NCBI RefSeq assembly: GCF_030147005.1 | Contig: NZ_JASLAW010000246.1 | Location: forward strand, 56,542 to 120,541 | Source of the DNA: Pseudomonas sp. | Lineage (GTDB): Bacteria > Pseudomonadota > Gammaproteobacteria > Pseudomonadales > Pseudomonadaceae | Reading direction: 5' to 3' | DNA length: 64,000 nt | Part shown: positions 29,744-40,127 of the stretch, piece after piece | Layout of the letters: each line of letters starts with the position of its first letter | Position numbering within the stretch: the first letter of the stretch is position 1 | Notes under the pieces: model-generated | The model's input: the letters and a program-made list of their open reading frames with translations, nothing else | The model's database searches: none | Told to the model about the DNA's origin: nothing | Translations under genes and position numbers: made by a program

Positions 29744-31150
29744 ATGAATAGCCTCAATTCCAACGATTCCACCGGTCAACTGGCGCAGGGTTTCAAGCCG
29801 CGCCATGTCACCATGTTGTCCATCGCAGGCATCATCGGCGCGGGGTTGTTTGTCGGTTCCGGCCATGCCATCGCGGCGGCGGGGCCGGCGGTGTTGCTGG
29901 CTTATCTGTGCTCCGGCCTGCTTGTCGTACTCGTGATGCGCATGCTCGGCGAAATGGCGGTGGCACGCCCCGATACCGGTTCCTTTTCGACCTATGCCGA
30001 CCAGGCCATTGGGCGCTGGGCAGGCTTCACCATCGGCTGGTTGTATTGGTGGTTCTGGGTGTTGGTGATTCCGATCGAGGCGCTGGCTGCCGGCCATGTG
30101 CTCAATCAGTGGTTTCCTCAGGTCGATGCGTGGCTGTTCGCCTTGTTGTCGATCATTTTGCTGGTGATCACCAACCTGTTCAGCGTGGCCAAGTACGGCG
30201 AGTTCGAGTTCTGGTTCGCCATGGCCAAGGTCATCGCCATCGTCGGGTTTATCGGCCTGGGTTTCAGCGTGCTGATGGGCTGGATTCCTGATCGTGAAGC
30301 CAGCGGCTTGAGCCGGTTGATGGAGGAGCACGGCGGTTTTGCGCCTAATGGCCTGTCGGCGGTGGTGGGCGCGTTCATCACGATCATGTTCAGTTTCATC
30401 GGTACCGAGGCGGTGACTATCGCCGCCGCCGAATCGAGCAACCCGGCGCAGAACATCGCCAAGGCGACACGCTCGGTGATCTGGCGCATCGGCGTGTTTT
30501 ACCTGTTGTCGATTTCGATCGTCGTCTCTGTGGTGCCCTGGAACGACCCGCTGCTGGCGTCGGTGGGCTCTTATCAGCGCGCACTGGAGCTGATGAACAT
30601 CCCGAACGCCAAATTCATGGTCGACCTGGTGGTGTTGATCGCTGTCGCCAGTTGCATGAACTCCTCGATCTACATTTCTTCGCGCATGCTGTTCTCCCTG
30701 GGTAAGCGCGGCGATGCGCCCAGCGCCCTTAAACGCACCTCGGCGGCGGGCGTGCCCAGGGCGGCGGTGATTGCCAGCACCATCATCGGCGCGGGCGTGA
30801 CGCTGCTGAGCTACTTCATGCCCGCCGGCCTGTTCCAGTTTCTGCTCGCCAGCTCCGGTGCCATCGCGTTGCTGGTGTACTTGGTCATCGCCATCTCGCA
30901 ATTGCGCATGCGCCGGTTGCTGCTCAGTCAGAACGTCGAATTGACCTTCCGCATGTGGCTGTTTCCCTGGCTGACTTACCTGGTGATTGTGTTCATCTGC
31001 GCAGCGTTGGCAGTGATGATGGTGACGCCGGAACACCGCGTGGAAGTGTCCTCGACGATTGGCCTGGCCTTGGTCATCTCCTTCATCGGCCTGATCACGG
31101 CGCGTCAGCATGGCCCGGTGGCCAAGCCGATTGCGCTGAAGCACTCCTGA
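29744..31150 (+). CDS. gabP: APC amino-acid permease, GABA permease-like
   Basis: RHVTMLSIAGIIGAGLFVGSG, GEFEFWFA, FSFIGTE, SSGAIALLVY, RMWLFPWLT. Confidence 0.7.
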   Translation: MNSLNSNDSTGQLAQGFKPRHVTMLSIAGIIGAGLFVGSGHAIAAAGPAVLLAYLCSGLLVVLVMRMLGEMAVARPDTGSFSTYADQAIGRWAGFTIGWLYWWFWVLVIPIEALAAGHVLNQWFPQVDAWLFALLSIILLVITNLFSVAKYGEFEFWFAMAKVIAIVGFIGLGFSVLMGWIPDREASGLSRLMEEHGGFAPNGLSAVVGAFITIMFSFIGTEAVTIAAAESSNPAQNIAKATRSVIWRIGVFYLLSISIVVSVVPWNDPLLASVGSYQRALELMNIPNAKFMVDLVVLIAVASCMNSSIYISSRMLFSLGKRGDAPSALKRTSAAGVPRAAVIASTIIGAGVTLLSYFMPAGLFQFLLASSGAIALLVYLVIAISQLRMRRLLLSQNVELTFRMWLFPWLTYLVIVFICAALAVMMVTPEHRVEVSSTIGLALVISFIGLITARQHGPVAKPIALKHS

Positions 31151-31287
31151 TCCCATGGCGGCGCGGGCGAGGGTGAGATCCATCCAACACAGCCCATCCC
31201 CTGTGGGCGCGCTCGAGCCCCAGCGAGGCCGCGAGGGCGGTGGGCCAGGCGATGAAATATTCGGGTGTTACAGCCGACCCCGGTGCT

Positions 31288-33054
31288 TTACCGCACCCGT
31301 GTTCGACTCTGCACCGCCAGGTCCAATGCCTTTTGCATATCCAACCGAGCCGAGCGGCCGACATCTTTATTGTTGAGCTGGTAATTGCGCTCCGACGGCA
31401 GGATCGGTGCGGTAAGGTCCTGGGCGTCGCTGCTTTCAAAATCGTGGTTATCGCCGATGGCCATGGCACTGCGGCGCAACAGCATGCGCAGCTGTTCGGG
31501 CTGCAGTTTCGGGTTGATCGACAGCATCGCCGCCAGCAGGCCCGCGACCATTGGCGTGGCGTAGGAGGTGCCGCAATGCACGGCGCCTTCCTCGTCGGCG
31601 TTGGGCGTGGATGCGTGGGCACAGGCGGCGGCGGTGATGTCGACGCGCATGTCCACGTTCGAGGAACTGCGCGTGAGGGCGTAGGCCGGGTCATCCACAG
31701 CGACGCCGTCGCGCTCGTTACGCTGGTGCCCGCCCACCACCAACAATTGCTCGGTGATGAACGAGGAAGGCAGGCGGTACTCGTCGCTGCCAGAGAAGGC
31801 CGAGCCGTTACCGGCCGAGTTCACCACGATCACGTCGGGGTGCTCCTTGCGCAGCCACAGAAAGAACTCTTCAAGCAATTCTTCGTAGCCGTTCATGGCT
31901 ATTCCCGAGCGCACCAGCGAGTCGACGTCATTGCCGTTGACGTCCTTGGTGCCGACGCGATGAATGCCCCAGCTCCAGTTGAGCACGCGTACCCCGTCTT
32001 CCACGAGGTTGACTGATGCGGCGATGTTTGCGGTAATTCCGGCATCGGAGTTGCGGTCGACAATCACGTCGAAGCCGCCGCTGGCGTTGCCCAGCCCTCG
32101 CAAAAAGCCCGTGTTGCCGCCGTTGTTCCAGCGTGCCGCGAGGATGCCGGCAACGGTGGTGCCATGGCCGCCCGCCGCACCGGTGTCGCGCGCGTAGACG
32201 CAGGTGCGCCCAGGTGCGCAGGCGCCCAGGTAGTCGGCGAAATCCGCCGTGTCGAAATCCACGCCGCGCTCGATCAAACCGATGCGCACCGGTTGCGGCA
32301 CAATCGGCGTGTGTTGGCCCGGGATGCGCCGCTGGTAATAGGCCACTGCGTCGAGAAAGCGGTTGGCGGCCCACTCATCGGAGTCGGGCGACGGCTTCTT
32401 CGGCGCTTCGTGGCGAGGGGCGGTTTGCTCGGCTTCTTCGGCGGCGGATTCTTCGATCACCACGGCGTCCACGGCGGTTTCACTGCCCAGGCGCAGCACC
32501 AAAGCGTCGCGCTGCATCAGGTCGGTGGCCGGCAGGCGCAGTTGAAAAACGTTCAGCGGCGCGATACTGCCCACCACCGTCGCCCCGTATTTTCGCGCCA
32601 GGCGCTCGGCTTCCTGGCGGCCATCGCGGTCTTCTTCGATCAGCACGCTGACCAGATCGACGTAGGTGGTCAGCCCGTCCATGTTCTTCGCCACTTCGCT
32701 GGGCCCTGCGGCCACCACTTGGCTGTTGCGCAGGGTCAGCCAGGCCGCGTTGCTGGTGCGCGGGCCGTCTTCGAGCCACAACGGGCCGCTCTGGTAGCGG
32801 CGGCTGTCCAGGCGCAGGCGCAGGTGGTTGCCGTCGCGCTGCACAGCGTCTTGCGGCAATGCCTTGCCATCCAGTTTCAATTGCGCGGTGGCATCGCCCA
32901 TGCCGCGCACGCTCAGGCACCAATCCTGCTGTGCGCTCTCCAGCAGGTCGCCGCAGCGTTTGAGCTGCTCCAGACGCAGGGGCTCCTGGGAGGCGACCGC
33001 CGTGCCGGCAGCCAGGGTGAACAGCATCGCGAGGGCAGCATTATTCAGGGGCAT
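31288..33054 (-). CDS. Exported S8 subtilisin-like serine peptidase
   Basis: Signal peptide MPLNNAALAMLFTLAAGTAVA; HGTTVAG, NSAGN, GTSYATP. First triad position reads IERG. Confidence 0.85.
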   Translation of the reverse strand: MPLNNAALAMLFTLAAGTAVASQEPLRLEQLKRCGDLLESAQQDWCLSVRGMGDATAQLKLDGKALPQDAVQRDGNHLRLRLDSRRYQSGPLWLEDGPRTSNAAWLTLRNSQVVAAGPSEVAKNMDGLTTYVDLVSVLIEEDRDGRQEAERLARKYGATVVGSIAPLNVFQLRLPATDLMQRDALVLRLGSETAVDAVVIEESAAEEAEQTAPRHEAPKKPSPDSDEWAANRFLDAVAYYQRRIPGQHTPIVPQPVRIGLIERGVDFDTADFADYLGACAPGRTCVYARDTGAAGGHGTTVAGILAARWNNGGNTGFLRGLGNASGGFDVIVDRNSDAGITANIAASVNLVEDGVRVLNWSWGIHRVGTKDVNGNDVDSLVRSGIAMNGYEELLEEFFLWLRKEHPDVIVVNSAGNGSAFSGSDEYRLPSSFITEQLLVVGGHQRNERDGVAVDDPAYALTRSSSNVDMRVDITAAACAHASTPNADEEGAVHCGTSYATPMVAGLLAAMLSINPKLQPEQLRMLLRRSAMAIGDNHDFESSDAQDLTAPILPSERNYQLNNKDVGRSARLDMQKALDLAVQSRTRVR

Positions 33055-33184
33055 CAGGGGTTCCTTGCCGTGGCCTGATAGTGCGACTGCGCCAACCGCC
33101 CTTTCGTTCAGCGCGACAAGGTTGAACTCCCTTTCAAAAGGCCCACTCCTAACTGATGAGGCACTGCACGTGACGGATGTGACA

Positions 33185-34639
33185 ATGACCCAACCACACT
33201 CAAACACCCCAGGCGCGCTGTTCGAAACCGACCTGCCCGCGCGCCTGGACCGCTTGCCCTGGGGCCGCTTCCACACCTTGCTGGTGTTCGCCCTGGGTAT
33301 CACCTGGTTGCTCGACGGCCTGGAGGTGACTCTGGCCGGCTCGGTGTCCGGTGCGCTGAAAAGCAGCGCCGGCCTGAACCTCAGCAACTTCGACATTGGC
33401 CTGGCCGGTGGCGTGTACATCGCCGGCGCCGTACTCGGTGCGCTGCTGTTCGGCTGGCTCACCGACCGCCTGGGGCGACGCAAACTGTTCTTCATCACCC
33501 TGTGGCTCTACGTTGGCGCCACGGCGGCCACGGCGTTTTCCTTTAACCTGGAAACCTTTCTGCTGTTCCGTTTCCTCACCGGCATGGGCATCGGCGGTGA
33601 ATACACCGCGATCAACTCGACCATCCAGGAGTTCACCCCGGCGCGCTATCGCGGCTGGGTCGACCTGACTATCAACGGCACCTTCTGGCTGGGCGCCGCC
33701 CTCGGTGCCGGTGGCGCCATCGTGCTGCTCGACCCGAACGTCGTCGGCGGCGACCTCGGCTGGCGCCTGTGCTTCGGCATCGGTGCCGCCCTGGGCCTGA
33801 TCATTCTGGTGATGCGCTTATGGCTCCCGGAAAGCCCGCGCTGGTTGCTGATTCACGGCCAGCACGCCGAAGCGCGGCGTATTGTCGAAGGCATCGAAGC
33901 GCGCCTGCGCGAACAAGGCCATGCGCTTGCGCCCGTCACCAGCCCACCCCTGCGCCTGCACGCGCGCGACCACACGCCACTGGCGGAAATCTTCCACACC
34001 CTGTTCGTCAGCTTCCGCCGTCGTGCCTTGGTCGGCATGACCTTGCTCACCGCTCAGGCGTTCTTTTACAACGCGATTTTCTTCACCTACGCGCTGGTCC
34101 TCACCGACTTCTACCAGGTACCCGCCGAACAGGTCGGCTGGTACATCTTGCCGCTCGCCCTCGGCAACTTCTGCGGGCCGCTGCTGCTCGGGCGCCTGTT
34201 CGACGTGATCGGCCGACGCGTGATGATCAGCTTTACCTATGCGACCTCCGGCGTGTTGCTGGCGCTCAGTGGCTACGCGTTCCAGCAAGGCTGGTTCGAC
34301 GTAACCCAGCAAGCCGTGGCGTGGATGGTGATTTTCTTCTTTGCGTCGGCTGCGGCGAGCTCGGCCTACCTGACCGTGGCGGAGACTTTCCCATTGGAGA
34401 TACGCGCGCTGGCGATTGCGGTGTTTTACGCGTTCGGCACTGGGTTGGGCGGGATCATCGGGCCGACCCTGTTTGGCGAGTTGATCCAGACGCAACAACG
34501 CGGCAGTCTGTTGATCGGCTACCTGATCGGCGCGGCGCTGATGCTCATCGCCGCGGTGGTGCAGGCGATCTGGGGCGTGGCGGCCGAACGCAAGGCCCTG
34601 GAGCGGGTGGCGCGGCCGTTGTCGCAGGCGGTTGAGTGA
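33185..34639 (+). CDS. MFS transporter (sugar-porter-like)
   Basis: LDRLPWGRFH, WLLDGLE, DRLGRRK, GGEY, PESPRWL, ETFPLEIRA. Confidence 0.9.
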   Translation: MTQPHSNTPGALFETDLPARLDRLPWGRFHTLLVFALGITWLLDGLEVTLAGSVSGALKSSAGLNLSNFDIGLAGGVYIAGAVLGALLFGWLTDRLGRRKLFFITLWLYVGATAATAFSFNLETFLLFRFLTGMGIGGEYTAINSTIQEFTPARYRGWVDLTINGTFWLGAALGAGGAIVLLDPNVVGGDLGWRLCFGIGAALGLIILVMRLWLPESPRWLLIHGQHAEARRIVEGIEARLREQGHALAPVTSPPLRLHARDHTPLAEIFHTLFVSFRRRALVGMTLLTAQAFFYNAIFFTYALVLTDFYQVPAEQVGWYILPLALGNFCGPLLLGRLFDVIGRRVMISFTYATSGVLLALSGYAFQQGWFDVTQQAVAWMVIFFFASAAASSAYLTVAETFPLEIRALAIAVFYAFGTGLGGIIGPTLFGELIQTQQRGSLLIGYLIGAALMLIAAVVQAIWGVAAERKALERVARPLSQAVE

Positions 34640-34747
34640 GGGGATGCAGGCGGTTCATCGGCAGTTGCTTACAACTGTTAACTGTTTGCGCGGGTTATTC
34701 GATTTAGGCTTGGCTACGTGAACCCCATCTGCACAGAGCGCATCCCC

Positions 34748-35479
34748 ATGAACCTTCGCGTCATCGCTGCCGCCTTTCTCGTTTTCACTGCCGCCCAGGC
34801 GCACGCCGCCACGCCGATTACCCATGTGGCGATCTATCGAGGCCCGGCAGGTTGTGCTGATTGTTCGCAAAACGTCAAAGCGGCGCTGCAGCGCCTGGAC
34901 CCGCGTTACCAGATTGATCTTGTCGGTGCCGATGAACCGGTCGACATCACCCCGCAAACCCTCGCACGCTATGACCTCTACGTACAACCGGGAGGCGGCC
35001 AGGACATCCCCGCCGCGCTGGACAGCCTGGGCGACGCACGCGCCGATGCCATCCGCGACTACGTCGCCCAAGGCGGGCGCTACCTGGGGTTGTGCATGGG
35101 CGCTTACCTGGCCGATGACAACAACCTCGGCTTGATTTCCCAGGAACTCGACAGCGAAGCGGGCCGGCCAGGGTTCGAAGTGAGCGGCATCGACGACGCC
35201 GCAGTGCGCGTCATTTGGGACGGCAAGCCGGACAGCGTGTTCTATCAGGATGGCCCGTACTTTCCCAAAGCCACTTCGACTTCCGCGTATACAACCCTGG
35301 CGACTTACCAGAACGGCGACGTGGCGGCCGCGCGTTACACCTATAAAAAGGGCGTGGTGGTACTCAGCGGTCCCCATCCGGAAGCCGGGCAGGCGTGGTT
35401 CGAGGACGCTGACATCCCACTGGACAAGATGCCGCGTGCAGACTTATTCGGCGCGCTGATGCGCAGCGTGCAGGAGTAA
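34748..35479 (+). CDS. Exported BPL-N/class I glutamine-amidotransferase-like protein
   Basis: Signal peptide, QPGGG, GGRYLGLCMGAY nucleophile elbow, SGPHPE. Confidence 0.75.
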   Translation: MNLRVIAAAFLVFTAAQAHAATPITHVAIYRGPAGCADCSQNVKAALQRLDPRYQIDLVGADEPVDITPQTLARYDLYVQPGGGQDIPAALDSLGDARADAIRDYVAQGGRYLGLCMGAYLADDNNLGLISQELDSEAGRPGFEVSGIDDAAVRVIWDGKPDSVFYQDGPYFPKATSTSAYTTLATYQNGDVAAARYTYKKGVVVLSGPHPEAGQAWFEDADIPLDKMPRADLFGALMRSVQE

Positions 35480-35524
35480 GGCCTAAGGCCTAAGGCCAGC
35501 GCCGCTTGCGGGCCCGAGTTGGCC

Positions 35525-35551
35525 TAAAGGTCGCACGTTTCACGTCGATAA
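35525..35551 (+). promoter_or_regulatory. Sigma28 (FliA) promoter
   Basis: TAAA-N15-GTCGATAA, one mismatch to TAAA-N15-GCCGATAA. Confidence 0.7.
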
Positions 35552-35585
35552 CCTCCATGAACCCACCAATCATGGACCGATTGAA

Positions 35586-36299
35586 ATGGCACTCTCCGTC
35601 AGCGCTGCCTATCTAGCTCCCGCCAATACCCGACTCGCGCCTTCCGAGCAGAAACTCACGCCCCAGGCACTGCCGCAGGCCGCCACGCAACCCTTGGCAA
35701 ATGCCGGGCCGGCGGCGGTCTATCATCCCAGCGAAGCCGCACAAGCCGCGAGCGAACCACCGCAGGTGATCGACACCTGGGTCGGCCGCTCCGAATCGCC
35801 GCAGTATCCTCGCTTCGTCGAGCGCTTCAACGGTGCACAGGCGGTGCTCAAAAGCGCCTTCGCCGCATTCGAATCCACCCTTGACAGCACCGCGCCCGAC
35901 CTGGCCAAAACCGATTATGGTTTTACCGTCGAAGCCGATGGCCGCCTGAAAGTACTCGACAAGGCCGGTCAGCTAAGCGACGCGACTATCAAACGGCTCA
36001 CCGTACTGCTCAATGGCTCCGCTGAGCTGAAAACGGCCGCCGTGGCCTACCGCAACGCCACCATCGACATGACCGACGCGAGCTCGCCCTGGTCCGGCAG
36101 CGTCATGGGCTACTACAGCGTGACCAACGAGAACTTCGCCAAGTCCATCGACCTGGCGCCGTTGCTCAGAACCTATGACCCGTCGGATCTGAAGGACATC
36201 AAGGACCGGTTTTTAGTTACCCAGCTGGCCTACAAAGGCGAGCGGGCCACGGAGGAGACGGAGCAGGCGATGTTTGCACGGCGGGCAGGACAGGCGTGA
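35586..36299 (+). CDS. Hypothetical protein
   Basis: 237-aa ORF with host-like codon usage, low-complexity A/P/Q N-terminus and an upstream FliA promoter. Confidence 0.75.
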   Translation: MALSVSAAYLAPANTRLAPSEQKLTPQALPQAATQPLANAGPAAVYHPSEAAQAASEPPQVIDTWVGRSESPQYPRFVERFNGAQAVLKSAFAAFESTLDSTAPDLAKTDYGFTVEADGRLKVLDKAGQLSDATIKRLTVLLNGSAELKTAAVAYRNATIDMTDASSPWSGSVMGYYSVTNENFAKSIDLAPLLRTYDPSDLKDIKDRFLVTQLAYKGERATEETEQAMFARRAGQA

Positions 36300-36310
36300 T
36301 GTTCGAACTA

Positions 36311-36597
36311 AACGGCTAACGGCTAACGGCTGACGGCTAACGGCTAACGGCTAACGGCTAACGTCTGACGGCTAACGGCTAACGGCTAACGGCTAACGGC
36401 TAACGTCTGACGGCTAACGGCTAACGGCTGACGGCTAACGTCTAACGGCTGACGGCTGACGGCTAACGGCTGACGGCTGACGGCTGACGGCTGACGGCAA
36501 ACGTCTAACGGCTGACGGCTGACGGCTAACGTCTGACTGCTGACTGCTGACTGCTGACTGCTGACTGCTGACTGCTAACGGCTGACTGCTAACGGCG
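36311..36597. repeat. Heptamer tandem repeat (VNTR), 41 units
   Basis: Units AACGGCT, GACGGCT, AACGTCT, GACTGCT counted by hand, 287 bp. Confidence 0.97.
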
Positions 36598-36744
36598 CAA
36601 TGGCTCGTGTGAGGCTGAGCGAAAGTGGGCAGGTATTTACATACTTTTGGCGCAAAGCAGCCCCTTTCTTTGCCAGCTGGTCTACCATGCCCATCCCGGC
36701 AGTGGTGCTATGCGCTACCGTTCATTTTCTTAAAGGTACCGCCA

Positions 36745-36978
36745 ATGTCCATCGATCAAATTTCCCTGCCCAAAGGCATCGGCCCCCACGCCGCCAAACT
36801 CCTCGACGCCATCACCGGCGCTTCCACCCATGAAGAGCTCAACCGTGCCGGCGGCAAAGCCGAGGGTTTCGTGTTGGGACTGGAGTCCACCAAGGCCATC
36901 AAAAGCCAGATCGCCGAGTCGTTGTACGTGGCTTACGATGATGCGGCGAGCCATCGTGCCAGCGAGTTAAAGGGCTGA
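36745..36978 (+). CDS. Small hypothetical protein (77 aa)
   Basis: MSIDQISLPKGIGPHAAKLLDAI...AEGFVLGLE; AAAGG upstream. Confidence 0.65.
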   Translation: MSIDQISLPKGIGPHAAKLLDAITGASTHEELNRAGGKAEGFVLGLESTKAIKSQIAESLYVAYDDAASHRASELKG

Positions 36979-37054
36979 AGGGCAGTCGGCCCTGATGCGG
37001 TTTGGGTTTTCGTCATCAGGGCCGGGCCCGCTACTAATAAGCTCGTTCCAAGCC

Positions 37055-37750
37055 TCAGTAAAAATCGTAATAAAGCGCCCATTCCCCAGTCTCGACGTGC
37101 TTCCAGAACATCAGGCTCCCGTTGTCGACCACATTCAGATTGATCTTCGCGTCCGACGAAATCTGGAAGACAAACTCGAAACCTTCACCCGGGTCCACCC
37201 CTGACTGGCAAAACGACGGATAGCCGCCGATTTTGTGCTCGTAAGTGTGGGTGACCAGGTCGTAGTAGCTCTGTATCTCGCCCGCGCGTTGCAGTTCGAG
37301 AATTGCCTGTTCAACGTCAGCCGGCACACCACCGCCATCCCACAGCGGAAAATCCTCCGGCACCGCCTGCGCTTTCAGCGCGAAAGCCTTGAGAAACGAC
37401 CCCTCCACCGGCAGCACTTTGCGCACCAATACATCCTGCGGCCCGTATTCGCGGATCACCCAGTTATCGCCCATGGGCTCCAAATACTCGGGAAACGGGT
37501 TGGAAATAAACACCGTCAACACGCGCACCCCTGCCAGCAACGGGCTGGTGAAGGGCAGGGCGGGCAGGTAGAACTGGGCATAGGGAAGCAACGGCTGCCC
37601 GGCCTGATTGACGGGCACGCCTTCATCGGGGCGGAACAGGAAGACGTTGCCTAGCCAGCTTTCTTCGTCGGTACCGAGAGGGCGGAAGCCCCCGGCTGTG
37701 AATTTAAGGGCAGGGCGGGCGAGGCATTGTTTGATTTGGTGGAGGTCCAT
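37055..37750 (-). CDS. YwqG/DUF1963-like protein
   Basis: HKIGGYPSFCQ, FVFQISSD, DNGSLMF. Confidence 0.75.
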   Translation of the reverse strand: MDLHQIKQCLARPALKFTAGGFRPLGTDEESWLGNVFLFRPDEGVPVNQAGQPLLPYAQFYLPALPFTSPLLAGVRVLTVFISNPFPEYLEPMGDNWVIREYGPQDVLVRKVLPVEGSFLKAFALKAQAVPEDFPLWDGGGVPADVEQAILELQRAGEIQSYYDLVTHTYEHKIGGYPSFCQSGVDPGEGFEFVFQISSDAKINLNVVDNGSLMFWKHVETGEWALYYDFY

Positions 37751-37882
37751 GGAGAAAGGCGTCCTTTGCTGTCAGGTGTTAGCGCTGCGGGTGAGCTGGG
37801 TGCTGTGTTTTGCCAGCGTCCATCTGCTTGGCCTCTGACCTGACAGTGCATGAATTGTTGTAATTAGCTATCCATTGGTAAA

Positions 37883-37990
37883 CCTGTGGCGAGGAGCTTG
37901 CTCGCGCTGGACTGTGTAGCAGCCGCGTTCTCTTTGAGCAAGAACAGGGGCCGCTTCGCGTCCCAGCGGGAGCAAGCGCCCTCGCCACAA
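37883..37990. repeat. REP doublet (REPIN)
   Basis: CTGTGGCGAGGAGCTTGCTCGCGCTGG ... CCAGCGGGAGCAAGCGCCCTCGCCACAA. Confidence 0.8.
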
Positions 37991-38014
37991 TAAATCGCGC
38001 CTCCTATTGACCGA

Positions 38015-39637
38015 CTAGGCGCTCAGGCGTGCCGTTACTTCATTCAACTGTCCAGACAACCCGTGAAGGTTGTGGCTTGCCGCTTCGGTGCGCTGCACAT
38101 TGTCCAGGTTGGTGCTGGCAATCGCGGTGATTTCGGTGAGGTTGCGCGAGATATCTTCGGCCACAGAGGTTTGCTCTTCGGCGGCAGTGGCAATCTGCCG
38201 GTTCATGTCGCGAATGGCTTCCACGGCATGGGTGATGCGCTCCAGCATGGCGCCGGCCTGATTCACTTGCGCGACACTTTCTTCACTGCGCGTCTGGCCG
38301 CTTTCAATCGCCTTGGCCGCTTCCTCCGCGCCGGTTTGCACTGTCTGGATGATCTGGTTGATCTCGATGATCGATGTCGCCGTACGCTGAGCCAGGCTGC
38401 GCACTTCGTCGGCCACTACGGCAAAACCGCGTCCTGCGTCACCTGCACGGGCCGCTTCGATCGCCGCATTCAGTGCCAACAAATTCGTCTGCTCGGCGAT
38501 GCCGCGAATGACCTCCAGCACCTTGCTGATGCGGCCGCTGTCGGTTTCCAGACGACGAATGACGCTGGCGGTGTTGACGATCTCGCCACGCATTTGGGTG
38601 ATGGTGTGAATGGTGTTGCTCATGACTTTTTCGCCCTGCTGCGCGGACTGGTCGGCATCATCGGCCGCCCGTGCGGCATCGGCCGCGTGACGCGCCACTT
38701 CCTGGGCGGTGGCGGACATTTCGTTCATTGCCGTGGCCACTTGATCGGTACGGTTGAACTGCTCGTTGGTGCCGCTGGCTATGAGGCCGGCGATGGCGCT
38801 CAACTCGCCACTGGCGCTGTCCAGGTCATTGGCGCTGCGCTGCAGGCGGTTGAAGGTTTCGGCGAGAAAGTCGCGCAGGGTGTTGGCGGCCATGGCCAGT
38901 TTGCCTAATTCGTCTTTGCGGGAGCTGGCCACGCGTTCGGCAAATTTGCCTCGGCTCAGTTGCTCCACGTAGTCGATCAGCTTGCGGATGGGGTCAACCA
39001 GGTTGCGGTTGATCAGCCAAAGGCTCAACAGGCCGATCAACAGCCCGGAGGCGAGCATCACGACAGTCCCCAACATCACCGTGCGCTCGGCTGCAGCGTT
39101 GATCAGCATCGATTGCTCGGTGCCCTGCTTGCGCAGTTCGCTGACCAGTTCGCTCATCTGATCGCTGGTGGCGCGGTCCACACCTTTGACGGCGGCGTCA
39201 CCTGCGGCGGGGTCCGCCCCGGCGGCAATATAAGCATCGCGACCTTTCTGGTAACCGCTGCCCAACTGACGGTGTTCGTCACGCAGGCGTTCGATGCGGC
39301 TCTTGAGTTGGCTGTCCAGGCCTTTCTGGCTGGCCAGTTCGCCGAGAATGCCCTGTACGTCGCGCTGACGGTCTTCGAATTGCTTCCAGTATTTATCCAG
39401 GTCGGCCGGCTGCTTGCCTCGTAGCAATACGTTTTTCCACTCCTGAACCTGCACCTTGAATTGCAAGTTGGCCTCATCGATCAACTGCGAAGTACGCAGC
39501 GGACCTTCGATCAAGTTGGCGTAGTTATGCACGCCGTTGGACAGGAAATGGAAGCAGGCCAAGGCAATCAGCAACATCGCCAACAGGCTGCCGCTCAGCA
39601 GCGTAAGGATTTGGGCTCTCAGGGATTTTTGAAGCAT
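38015..39637 (-). CDS. Methyl-accepting chemotaxis protein
   Basis: [17 protein letters not shown] periplasmic domain, HAMP, MCP signalling motif. Start at MLQKSLR. Confidence 0.93.
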   Translation of the reverse strand: MLQKSLRAQILTLLSGSLLAMLLIALACFHFLSNGVHNYANLIEGPLRTSQLIDEANLQFKVQVQEWKNVLLRGKQPADLDKYWKQFEDRQRDVQGILGELASQKGLDSQLKSRIERLRDEHRQLGSGYQKGRDAYIAAGADPAAGDAAVKGVDRATSDQMSELVSELRKQGTEQSMLINAAAERTVMLGTVVMLASGLLIGLLSLWLINRNLVDPIRKLIDYVEQLSRGKFAERVASSRKDELGKLAMAANTLRDFLAETFNRLQRSANDLDSASGELSAIAGLIASGTNEQFNRTDQVATAMNEMSATAQEVARHAADAARAADDADQSAQQGEKVMSNTIHTITQMRGEIVNTASVIRRLETDSGRISKVLEVIRGIAEQTNLLALNAAIEAARAGDAGRGFAVVADEVRSLAQRTATSIIEINQIIQTVQTGAEEAAKAIESGQTRSEESVAQVNQAGAMLERITHAVEAIRDMNRQIATAAEEQTSVAEDISRNLTEITAIASTNLDNVQRTEAASHNLHGLSGQLNEVTARLSA

Positions 39638-39870
39638 CGAATAATACTCATGACAGGTTCGAGGTACGCCTGGTTGGGCGTGAAAGACGTCCAAACTTCC
39701 CTGTCTGCAGTCCCGGTTGGCGGCCGCAGCCGCGCCAGCTATTACCCCTGTCATCGGCGTGCCAGAGCGGTTCTTGAGCGGAGGTCGACCAGCGGTTCTG
39801 AAGATTTTTGTTGTTTTTCCTTTGGAGATCTCTTATGGGGCGAAGTTGAGATGAAGGGCGGGTTTCGGCC

Positions 39871-40046
39871 GATTCTGTTGAAAAAGTCGGTCTGTCCAAA
39901 GCGCTCGAATATTGATGGATGAAAACACCTCTTTTGCACGCTGCTACGCGAAATCAGCTCATCAACCTTCTGCGCAAAACTCAGATTTCAATCTCAGGCG
40001 CGTACTTTCTGCCGTGGAATTCGAAGCCGACTTTTTCAACAGAATC
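39871..40046. mobile_element. 176-bp MITE-like element with GGCC target-site duplication
   Basis: Perfect 20-bp TIRs GATTCTGTTGAAAAAGTCGG / CCGACTTTTTCAACAGAATC, each flanked by GGCC; no transposase. Confidence 0.75.
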
Positions 40047-40070
40047 GGCCAGAAGCCGCCGGTCGAGTCA

Positions 40071-40127
40071 GGCGGCTTCCGACCCAAAGCGACCCTCACG
40101 GAGGGCAGGAATCGGTCAGAATAGGCC
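40071..40127. repeat. Two tandem 24-bp palindromic sites (S2, S3)
   Basis: GGCGGCTTCC-GACC-CAAAGCGACC and GGCAGGAATC-GGTC-AGAATAGGCC, 9 nt apart. Confidence 0.65.

Noticed and set aside
32828..33498. Apparent long bidirectional overlap of the subtilase and MFS ORFs
   Set aside because: Artefact of upstream ORF extension; the likely starts (33054 and 33185) are divergent and do not overlap.
36311..36597. Possible CRISPR array
   Set aside because: Contiguous 7-mers with no unique spacers and no cas genes in the window.
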